64,000 nucleotides of DNA, taken from positions 13,814 through 77,813 of the forward strand of contig NZ_JBELFI010000001.1 in assembly GCF_042093035.1 (NCBI RefSeq). Direction: 5' to 3'. Of this stretch, positions 56,815 through 64,000 are shown in pieces. This DNA comes from Yoonia sp. Lineage in GTDB: Bacteria; Pseudomonadota; Alphaproteobacteria; Rhodobacterales; Rhodobacteraceae. Position numbers and translations under genes: made by a program. The stretch's first letter is position 1, and the number at the start of each line of letters is the position of its first letter. Under the pieces are notes generated by a model that saw only the letters and a program-made list of their open reading frames with translations, ran no database searches and was not told the origin of the DNA.

Positions 56815-56870
56815 AGCGCGCTGAGCCAACAAACGAATTGCAAAGGATTTTCAGTGGCGGGATCGTTCCC

Positions 56871-57335
56871 CTAGATTGCCAGATCAAGCCGTGGCTTCCA
56901 GAACGGCCGGAACAGCTCAATCTTGGGGCAACGGTCCATGACGACTTTCAATCCGGCGTCCTCTGCCAGTTTGGCAGCGGCTTCATCATAAACGCCAATC
57001 TGACCCCAAAGCACCTTTGCGCCGATCGCAATCGCTTGTTTGGTGATATCATAGAGTTCTTCTTTCGGCCGAAAGACCTCAACCATATCCACAGGGCGGT
57101 CAATGTCCTGCAGTGAGCGATAGACCTTGATCCCGCGGATTTCTGTGACATTCGGGTTTGGATTGACCGGGATCATGTCATAGCCGGTTTCATGCAACAC
57201 CCGCAGAACCCCGTAGCTGAACTTGGTTTTATCGGCACTTGCACCGACCATTGCGATGGTTTTGACAGACCGCAAAATGCCGGACAGGTAATCCTGCGTA
57301 TAGTCGTAACGACGATCAACATCAGCTTCGGGCAT
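56871..57335 (-). CDS. CoA-binding domain protein (YccU/YneT-like)
   Basis: Matches the CoA_binding_2 pattern: KTIAMVGASADKTKFSYGV...GYDMIPVNP...VDMVEVFRP...GAKVLWGQIG. Confidence 0.8.
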   Translation of the reverse strand: MPEADVDRRYDYTQDYLSGILRSVKTIAMVGASADKTKFSYGVLRVLHETGYDMIPVNPNPNVTEIRGIKVYRSLQDIDRPVDMVEVFRPKEELYDITKQAIAIGAKVLWGQIGVYDEAAAKLAEDAGLKVVMDRCPKIELFRPFWKPRLDLAI

Positions 57336-57704
57336 TCAGCTCTCCTTTGGGGTTGCGATATCCGCTTTCAGCTCGTGGCTTTGCAGCGGATCAAGGAAGG
57401 GGTTGCGGTACAGGGTGTCGTGGCTTTCGACACCGATATCGAGGGTGCAATCGGTCACGGGCCGGGCCACGCAAAGCAGCACATAGCCGTTCGCGATTTG
57501 CCGATTGTTCAGCGCCACCTGCCGCCGTTGGTCAACTTCGCCGCGCGTTAGCTTGGCCGCACAGGTGATACAGCCCCCGTATTTGCAGCCGTAAGGCAGA
57601 TCGACGCCCTGTTCGCGCAACGTATCCAGCAAGGGACGCCGTGCATCGACTTCAAGCGTTTGGCAGTCGCGATTGCCGATGGTGATGGACCGTGTGCCGG
57701 TCAC
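57336..57704 (-). CDS. Plant-type [2Fe-2S] ferredoxin
   Basis: C-x4-C-x2-C...C motif (YGCKYGGCITCAAKL...LLCVARP). GTG at 57704 overlaps the SBP56 stop as GTGA. The ORF track's TTG at 57725 is less likely. Confidence 0.8.
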   Translation of the reverse strand: MTGTRSITIGNRDCQTLEVDARRPLLDTLREQGVDLPYGCKYGGCITCAAKLTRGEVDQRRQVALNNRQIANGYVLLCVARPVTDCTLDIGVESHDTLYRNPFLDPLQSHELKADIATPKES

Positions 57705-59056
57705 AGCCAGATGTCGCTTGTGCAATCGCCACCGGGGTAGCGGGTTTCGTGGCAGCGACTGGGGCCGTTGGGTTCTTTGCCGAAATCAACCACGAAGTCT
57801 TCGTTGATCTTCATGCCGCCGTTTTCCACATCGCAGTCGACCATCAACATCACCCCGCCTTGGGTGCGGATGTCGGGGTAGAACTGGTTGTCCCATGTCG
57901 AAAACAGCGACGTCGTCACATAAAGGCGCTTGCCGTCCAGCGACAGTTGGAACATCTGCGGGCCGCCCGCGACTTTGACGCCATTCACCTCTGGCGCTTT
58001 GCCCAGAAGCCCACCCATCCAGACCTGCCCGGTCAGCTTCGGGTTATGCGGGTCGGATATGTCGTACTGGCGCATGTCCCCATGCAGCCAGTTGTTGAGA
58101 TAGAGATACTTGTCATCCATCGACACAAGGATCGCCGACATCACACCGGGCACTGGTATGGGCCATTCCGGATGCGGTTCATTGGGGACGTCGATGACCT
58201 TTTCCCATTCCCATTTGCCCGCATCGCTTTTCCAGAAATGGATGACATTGGTCGAAAGTGCAGCGCCGCAAAAACCGTGCGTGCTGTCTGGGTCATGCAG
58301 GAACTTCACCTCAAGCGGGATCAGACCGTCTTCACCCAGATACATGGTCTCGACAGGTTCACGTTTCTGGAAATCCCAGATGTGGAGTCTACGCCCGTAT
58401 TTCAGATAGCCCACCTCTTCGAGGTCAAAGCCCGGCATGAAGGTATTGGGTGCCGCCCATTCGGAGCTGACCATCACGTTGTGGCGGGGCTGGTACCAGA
58501 AGTCATAGCCGAAGGGGATGTCCCCCATGGAGTTTTCCCAACGGCCCATGATCTCGAAGTCTTGGTCCAGATGCAGATAGCCGCCCGGCGCTTCGCCCTT
58601 GGCGTCGCCAAGAAATGAGATGATGATCTCTGATCCCAGGCAATGGACCGTATGCGGGCCGGACAGGTCTGTCTTCGATTTGATCTCGGCGCCATCAATG
58701 ATCTTGTGCAAACGCGGCGCACGCGGGTCGGTCGCGGTATCGACGATATGAATGTTGTTGGAGCGCACACCGGGCACCAGCAGGTATTTGCGCGACATAG
58801 AGCTGTCATCGTTGCACGACGAACAGGCATTCCAACCCATATGGTGCAATTCATCGCCGATGCCGGGCATTTCAAGCCGGTGAATGACCTGACTATAGGT
58901 CGGGCTATCTGGGTCGGCGTCTACTGTTGCAAGGTAATCCGGCTTCTGGATGCCCGTGCCTGTGTAGATCGCAATCGTATACAGAAGCTTCTCTCGTGGC
59001 GCTTTGATTGCCTCAGCGGGGCTAGCGTAGCCCGGTCCGCAGCATACTCCATCCAT
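57701..59056 (-). CDS. Selenium-binding protein 56 family protein (methanethiol oxidase family), cytoplasmic form
   Basis: MDGVCCGPGYASPAEAIKAPREKLLYTIAIY...IGDELHHMGWNACSSC closely resembles the SELENBP1 N-terminus. AAGGAGG RBS. No signal peptide. The upstream ORF-track extension is unsupported. Confidence 0.9.
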   Translation of the reverse strand: MDGVCCGPGYASPAEAIKAPREKLLYTIAIYTGTGIQKPDYLATVDADPDSPTYSQVIHRLEMPGIGDELHHMGWNACSSCNDDSSMSRKYLLVPGVRSNNIHIVDTATDPRAPRLHKIIDGAEIKSKTDLSGPHTVHCLGSEIIISFLGDAKGEAPGGYLHLDQDFEIMGRWENSMGDIPFGYDFWYQPRHNVMVSSEWAAPNTFMPGFDLEEVGYLKYGRRLHIWDFQKREPVETMYLGEDGLIPLEVKFLHDPDSTHGFCGAALSTNVIHFWKSDAGKWEWEKVIDVPNEPHPEWPIPVPGVMSAILVSMDDKYLYLNNWLHGDMRQYDISDPHNPKLTGQVWMGGLLGKAPEVNGVKVAGGPQMFQLSLDGKRLYVTTSLFSTWDNQFYPDIRTQGGVMLMVDCDVENGGMKINEDFVVDFGKEPNGPSRCHETRYPGGDCTSDIWL

Positions 59057-59090
59057 GATTGACGCTCCTCCTTGATTCCCTGTTGTTTCC

Positions 59091-59121
59091 CGTATATCGA
59101 AAAGATAGTTATCAAGATACG
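59091..59121. promoter_or_regulatory. Cluster of TATC/GATA inverted repeats (cgTATATCgaaaaGATAgtTATCaaGATAcg); candidate IclR operator
   Basis: Read directly in the 70 bp divergent region between the SBP56 operon and the iclR-family gene. Confidence 0.3.
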
Positions 59122-59126
59122 AGAAA

Positions 59127-59891
59127 ATGATGCACCTCGAACGTTTAGCAGTGGTTCTGGAAATCGCAGGGCAAAAGGGTGAGGCCACGGTCGCAGACAT
59201 TTGTGCCCATTCCGACTTACCGAAGCCAACGGCGTACCGTTTGGTGCATGATCTGGTGAGTGTTGGCCTGCTAGAGCCCGTCGCAAGAGGCCGCTTTTCC
59301 ATTGGCATGCGCCTCAAACAGATCACGCAGGCGGATCAGTCGGACGCTGCCTTGATCGCGCTTGTCGGCCCGACGCTGCGGCAAGCCGCCACCAAACATG
59401 GTGCGGCGTTCTTTCTGTCACGGCTGCGCGGCCGCAACGTAGAGATTATTCAAGTTGAAACCCCCGACACTGGTGTGTCCTTCCTGCACCCGGGGCTGGG
59501 AAAACGCCCCCTGCACGCTTGTTCGTGCTCAAAGGCAGTCGCGGCATTTTCGCCCGATCTGATTGCGGGGCAAGGTCTCGAAGGGCGTCTGAAAGCCTAT
59601 ACGGAGTTCACCCTGACACGCGTCGCTGATCTGGAGCTTGAGCTTGAGGCGATCAGGCGGCGTGGCTACGCCGAATGCGTGGAAGAAATTGAACGCGGCA
59701 TGTGCTCTGTTGCGACGACATTGGGGCGTGAAGGGCCGGGGGCGAGCATGTCGATTGGGGCGACCGGGTCAACGCGGGTCTTTACCGACGCCTATCGTGC
59801 AGAGATTGGGCGCGTGATCTCCGATATGGCGCGCACGCTTTCGTCTGAAATGAAATGGGACACGCCAGCGCGCGCCCCGCAATCAGCTTAA
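59127..59891 (+). CDS. IclR-family transcriptional regulator
   Basis: N-terminal wHTH (..ATVADICAHSDLPKPTAYRLVHDLVSVGLLE) plus a C-terminal IclR effector domain; 254 aa. Confidence 0.85.
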   Translation: MMHLERLAVVLEIAGQKGEATVADICAHSDLPKPTAYRLVHDLVSVGLLEPVARGRFSIGMRLKQITQADQSDAALIALVGPTLRQAATKHGAAFFLSRLRGRNVEIIQVETPDTGVSFLHPGLGKRPLHACSCSKAVAAFSPDLIAGQGLEGRLKAYTEFTLTRVADLELELEAIRRRGYAECVEEIERGMCSVATTLGREGPGASMSIGATGSTRVFTDAYRAEIGRVISDMARTLSSEMKWDTPARAPQSA

Positions 59892-59897
59892 GATGTC

Positions 59898-61052
59898 TCA
59901 AGCGACCTTTGGAGTTGATGGAAGCTCTTTCTTGGGATCGAAAAACGGGCGATCGACGATTTCGGCCGACGTTGTTTGACCGTCAAGATCCACGTCAACA
60001 TATTCGCCAAGCACCGCATGTTCCGCCGAAATCAAGGCAAGTGCGATGTTTTGCTGAAGCCTTGGTGAGTAAACGGCCGAGGTCACTTTCCCGATGCGTT
60101 CGCCGTCTTTGCCGACATCCCAAAACACAGTATTCGGTCCGGTCAAAGGCGCACCGCCGATAATCAAGCCAATTTGCTTGCGGCTGACGCCTGTCTCCTT
60201 GATCCGCGCGAGGGCCTCTTTGCCGACAAATTTCGCATCGGTATCAAGGTTTACCAGACGGCCCAGACCAAGCTCATAGGGGTTTGTCCCGGCATCCATA
60301 TCGGCGTGATAGGACAACATGCCAGCTTCAACCCGGCGGATGGATGATGTGTGACCGGGTTGCAGACCATATGGCGCACCCGCTGCCATGATCTTTTCCC
60401 AAAGCACATCGCCAAGGTTTCCGTCGCGCAGGTAGAGCTCATAGCCAAGTTCACTGGACCAACCGGTCCGCGAAACGACCAGCGGAATACCGTCCAGTTC
60501 TACTTCACGCAGCCAAAAATAACGCAGGTCGAGAATGTCATCGCCAAAAAGGGCCTGCATTATCATGCCAGAGTTCGGCCCCTGCAATTGCAACGGAGAA
60601 ACATCAGGTTCGCGAATTGTCACATCCAGTCCGGAATACACCGCCAGCCCCTGCGCCCAGAGCAGAATGTCGCTGTCAGCAAGCGACAGCCAGAAATGGT
60701 TCTCGGCAAGGCGCAACACGATCGGGTCGTTCAGGATGCCGCCATCTGCATTTGTAATCAGAACGTATTTGCATTGCCCGACAGCCATCTTCGACAGATC
60801 ACGCGGGGTCAGCATTTGCGTGAATATGGCGGCGTCAGGGCCGGTAATTTCCACCTGGCGCTCGACCGCGACGTCGCACAGGATCGCCGTGTTCACAAGG
60901 TTCCAGAAATTCTGTACCGGATCGCCAAAGTCACGCGGGATATACATGTGGTTGTAGACAGAAAAACCCTGCGCGCCCCAGCGCACAGTTGCGTCGAAGT
61001 AGGGTGACTTGCGGATCTGAGTGCCGAAGCCAAAATTCTTTGCGGTCATCAT
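59898..61052 (-). CDS. GcvT-family aminomethyltransferase, DmdA-like (substrate unknown)
   Basis: IRKSPYFDATV..GFSVYNHMYIPRDF...CDVAVERQVEITGPDA parallels the DmdA/GcvT N-terminal pattern; 384 aa; GGGGAGGA RBS. Confidence 0.8.
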   Translation of the reverse strand: MMTAKNFGFGTQIRKSPYFDATVRWGAQGFSVYNHMYIPRDFGDPVQNFWNLVNTAILCDVAVERQVEITGPDAAIFTQMLTPRDLSKMAVGQCKYVLITNADGGILNDPIVLRLAENHFWLSLADSDILLWAQGLAVYSGLDVTIREPDVSPLQLQGPNSGMIMQALFGDDILDLRYFWLREVELDGIPLVVSRTGWSSELGYELYLRDGNLGDVLWEKIMAAGAPYGLQPGHTSSIRRVEAGMLSYHADMDAGTNPYELGLGRLVNLDTDAKFVGKEALARIKETGVSRKQIGLIIGGAPLTGPNTVFWDVGKDGERIGKVTSAVYSPRLQQNIALALISAEHAVLGEYVDVDLDGQTTSAEIVDRPFFDPKKELPSTPKVA

Positions 61053-61517
61053 GCCGGAAGTCCTCCCCGGGCTGCCTGAAACAAGTCGTCGGTATCGCGT
61101 TTGATCGCTTCATGCGTGAAACACCTGTTCCGTGCTTGCATGAAATCGACATAACAGATGAGGCATACGGCAGGAGTGATTCCGACCCAGAGGCGTTGCC
61201 TGCCGCCGATTCTGCCAAATCCGTAATCGGTTTGTCGGGATTACAGGCGAAAGCGAAAAAAACGCCACTTTTTTGAGCAGACCGGAAGCGACAAGTCGGG
61301 CCGCCCAGTTTTCACTGGCGTCCTTCTGCACCGCAGCATCATGTTAAGGCGTTCGAAAGAGCATCAGCGTCGCGCGAAGGGCCATCCTGGCAGATTAATC
61401 CCCTCACGCGACTACAACATCACTGTTGCGGGTCCTACCTATGTGGTTGGTCTTCTGTTTGAAAGGGCGCTTACGTCCGGTCGACGACCCGCAGCGACAA
61501 ACGGGGACCTATGACCT

Positions 61518-62804
61518 ATGACTTTTAAAATTCCTGCTCTTGCAGTGACCGCCCTGCTGGGCACCACCGTAATGGCTGCCGCCGCTTCCGACTGCGTTGA
61601 TCCGATCAAAGTGGGCGTTCTGCACTCGCTTTCCGGCACCATGGCGATTTCCGAGACAACATTGAAAGACACAATGGAGCTGCTGATCGAAAATCAGAAT
61701 GCTGCCGGTGGTCTGTTGGGCTGTGAAATCGAAGCTGTGGTTGTTGATCCGGCCTCCGACTGGCCGCTTTTCGCCGAAAAAGCACGTGAGCTGCTGACCG
61801 TCAGCGAAGTTGACGTGATCTTTGGCAGCTGGACATCAGTGAGCCGCAAATCGGCTTTGCCTGTCTTGGAAGAACTCAACGGTCTGATGTTTTACCCGGT
61901 GCAATATGAGGGTGAGGAAAGCTCCAGAAATGTGTTCTACACCGGGGCCGCGCCAAACCAGCAGGCTATTCCGGCCACAGATTACTTTCTTGAAGAGCTC
62001 GGCGTTGAGAAATTCGCGTTGCTTGGCACTGACTATGTTTATCCGCGCACGACCAACAACATCCTTGAAGCGTACCTGATCGACAAGGGCATCGCGCCTG
62101 AGGACATCTTTGTGAACTATACGCCGTTTGGACAGTCAGACTGGGCGACAATTGTGGCCGATGTCGTCGCACTCGGTGCGGATGGCAAGCAGGTTGGCGT
62201 GATTTCGACCATCAACGGTGATGCGAACATCGGTTTCTACAAAGAGCTTGCCGCTGCCGGCATCTCTGCGGATGATATTCCGGTTGTCGCTTTCTCCGTG
62301 GGTGAGGAAGAGCTTTCGGGCCTCGATACATCTAACCTTGTGGGCCACCTGGCTGCCTGGAACTACTTTCAATCCGCTGAATCGGAGTTGAACGACGAAT
62401 GGGTCGCAGCCTGGAAAGCCAAAATGGGCGAAGATCGTGTCACCAACGACCCGATGGAAGCGCACTATATTGGCTTTAACATGTGGGTGAATGCCGTGAC
62501 AGACGCTGGCACGACAGATGTTGATGCCGTGCGTGAGGCGATGTACGGGCAGGAATTCCCGAACTTGACGGGTGGCACGGCGGTCATGTTGCCAAACAAC
62601 CACCTCGCCAAGCCTGTTCTGATCGGTGAGATCACAGCCGACGGCCAGTTCGACATCATCAGCCAGACCACGGAAGTGCCGGGCGATGCATGGACGGACT
62701 ACCTACCGGAATCTGCGGCTCTCGTGTCTGATTGGCAGACCTTGGGTTGCGGCATGTACAACACCGAAACCGAGACCTGCGTTCAGCTGACCTCAAACTA
62801 CTAA
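61518..62804 (+). CDS. urtA: Urea ABC transporter substrate-binding protein UrtA
   Basis: Signal peptide followed by PIKVGVLHSLSGTMAISETTLKD..., typical of UrtA; 428 aa. Followed by urtB. Confidence 0.9.
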   Translation: MTFKIPALAVTALLGTTVMAAAASDCVDPIKVGVLHSLSGTMAISETTLKDTMELLIENQNAAGGLLGCEIEAVVVDPASDWPLFAEKARELLTVSEVDVIFGSWTSVSRKSALPVLEELNGLMFYPVQYEGEESSRNVFYTGAAPNQQAIPATDYFLEELGVEKFALLGTDYVYPRTTNNILEAYLIDKGIAPEDIFVNYTPFGQSDWATIVADVVALGADGKQVGVISTINGDANIGFYKELAAAGISADDIPVVAFSVGEEELSGLDTSNLVGHLAAWNYFQSAESELNDEWVAAWKAKMGEDRVTNDPMEAHYIGFNMWVNAVTDAGTTDVDAVREAMYGQEFPNLTGGTAVMLPNNHLAKPVLIGEITADGQFDIISQTTEVPGDAWTDYLPESAALVSDWQTLGCGMYNTETETCVQLTSNY

Positions 62805-62818
62805 GACGTCAAAGGGGG

Positions 62819-62847
62819 CGGGGCGTGCCGTATTGCGCGCCCCGTTT
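62819..62847 (+). terminator. Intercistronic hairpin between urtA and urtB (partial terminator or mRNA stabiliser)
   Basis: cggggcg-N12-cgccccg followed by TTT. Confidence 0.45.
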
Positions 62848-62880
62848 CACGAATACCTGACAGATTGGCCTGAATTCCCC

Positions 62881-64000
62881 ATGTCCCGACTGCTTTCACT
62901 GGCCCTCGCGCTGTGGCTGACCGTGCCCGTCGCAGTTGCCGCACAGTCCTTGCAAGACATTCTGCAAATCCACCAAGAAGAAGTGCTCAAGCCCGGGCGC
63001 CGCAGTGTCGGCGTGGTGTTGGACGATCTGGTGGCCAGCGGATTGCCGCAAGCCTTGCCGTTTCTTGAGGCATGGCGCGACCGCGAAATCGTGAAGCGCG
63101 ACAGTGACGGGTTGTTCTTTCGCGCCAGCGAGGACGGCGACATGGTCACCCTGATGGATCTTGATACAGGCGAGAATCTAGGCCCAGCCAATGCAGCAGG
63201 CCTGACAGAATCCCGCCCCAACGGCGGCGTGCGCCGCGCAATTGGTGATGCGCTGGTGCAGTTTCAGCTCTCGGACCCTGACATTGAAAAGCGCCTGACT
63301 GCCGTCCAAGCAATCGCCCGCAGCATGGACGCCAGCCAATTGGCACCGCTTTCCGCGTCCATCGAAGGCGAATCTGACCGGGACCTGAAGGCCACGAAAA
63401 CGCGGCTGGCCGGGATGCTCGGCGCTTTGTTCGCGGACACGCAAGAGGCGCGCATTGCCGCGATTGAGGCGCTTGCGGGCGATCTATCAGTCGATGTGCG
63501 CGCAGTGTTGAGCACGGTGCTTTCGACCTCGTCCAGTGTTGCACCGACGGTACCTGATGGCACCAATCTGGCGCAAACGCTCGATGTTGGCACCGATATC
63601 AGCGCGGTGGAGGCTTATCAGCAGCTTGTTGATGCGGACCTTGCGCCCGCGCTGATTACGAAGGCGGCGATCAGGGAGGCGCTTGTCGCGAACATCCAAG
63701 GCGGGCTTGTCGCCGGTATCCCAGTGGCCACGCTCGATACCGATGAAGCGCGCGCCGGTGCCTATGATGCGCTTGCGGCGGGCGGCATCGCGGCACCCCG
63801 CGTTACCGATGCGCAACAGGCAGAGGCTATCGCTGCGCATACGTTCTTTTTGGCCTATGACGAAACGGATGTGGCGATAACAGATGCCGCGCGCGCAGCG
63901 CAGCGCGCCATCGAGACCAGCGTCGCCGTCAGCCAAGGGATTGACCTTGGGCTTGATGCGCTGTCGCTTGCATCGATCTATTTCCTTGCGGCGATCGGTC
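62881..64000 (+). CDS. urtB: Urea ABC transporter permease UrtB, N-terminal part (runs off the window end)
   Basis: Absent from the ORF track because it is edge-truncated. It reads MSRLLSLALALWLTVPVAVAAQS..., then ~350 aa of a helical Ala-rich periplasmic extension, and the first permease helix LSLASIYFLAAIG falls at the window end. Confidence 0.75.
   Translation, partial: MSRLLSLALALWLTVPVAVAAQSLQDILQIHQEEVLKPGRRSVGVVLDDLVASGLPQALPFLEAWRDREIVKRDSDGLFFRASEDGDMVTLMDLDTGENLGPANAAGLTESRPNGGVRRAIGDALVQFQLSDPDIEKRLTAVQAIARSMDASQLAPLSASIEGESDRDLKATKTRLAGMLGALFADTQEARIAAIEALAGDLSVDVRAVLSTVLSTSSSVAPTVPDGTNLAQTLDVGTDISAVEAYQQLVDADLAPALITKAAIREALVANIQGGLVAGIPVATLDTDEARAGAYDALAAGGIAAPRVTDAQQAEAIAAHTFFLAYDETDVAITDAARAAQRAIETSVAVSQGIDLGLDALSLASIYFLAAIG

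Noticed and set aside
57692-58618. 308 aa plus-strand ORF
   Set aside because: It is antisense to the SBP56 gene, whose translation is clearly homologous to selenium-binding proteins.
61441-61521. 26-codon uORF ending in ATGA overlap with urtA, considered as a genuine leader peptide
   Set aside because: It has no Shine-Dalgarno sequence, the peptide composition is not informative, and overlaps of this kind arise by chance. It is mentioned only inside the spacer finding.
1-64000. CRISPR arrays, IS elements or transposases, integrases, toxin-antitoxin pairs, or known defence-system genes
   Set aside because: I found no regularly spaced direct repeats. No translation resembles a transposase, recombinase, Cas, restriction-modification or abortive-infection protein. 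The window reads as core chromosome with metabolic and envelope accessory modules.

Overview
GC-rich alphaproteobacterial chromosome segment. Gene content (TctABC, TAXI-TRAP, SBP56, DmdA-like aminomethyltransferase, UrtAB) and iron-regulatory motifs point to a marine Rhodobacteraceae (roseobacter-type) genome; this is inference only. I call about 60 protein genes and one tRNA-Thr(CGU). I saw no rRNA, CRISPR array, transposase, integrase or phage genes. Two genes run off the window edges and are missing from the ORF track: dnaK (1-1417, minus strand) and urtB (62881-64000, plus strand). Layout from left to right: dnaK with a sigma32-like promoter; an envelope-glycan region (KpsM-like ABC-2 permease, then a tightly coupled cysQ-kdsB-galU-GT-GT-GT14-sulfotransferase operon); ptsN-hpf and lptBAC-kdsD; housekeeping genes (ahcY, gpsA, tsaD, hemD, Mic60-like, HemY-like); tRNA-Thr, pepT and an orphan SARP/BTAD-TPR regulator; tctDE plus an extra binding protein, divergent from tctCBA fused to a CoA-transferase and a citryl-CoA-lyase-like gene; an iron islet (dps, Fe3+ binding protein, MFS pump) with Irr/ICE-like and IscR-like boxes; dctBD-like genes with a TAXI-TRAP transporter; monomeric icd; an isolated GT-like gene; a PepSY/OmpR/HK module; a Tup-like ABC transporter; an SLC13 permease; an IclR-controlled SBP56 (methanethiol-oxidase family)-ferredoxin-CoA-binding operon next to a DmdA-like gene; and urtAB. 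The best candidates for undescribed biology are: (1) the putative sulfated-glycan operon, whose galU carries an in-frame amber codon; (2) the cytoplasmic SBP56-ferredoxin-CoA-binding module; (3) a response regulator-kinase-orphan binding protein operon; (4) a Tct-linked CoA-transferase/citryl-CoA-lyase citrate-cleavage module. All functional calls come from reading the translations by eye and recognising motifs. No database search was run.
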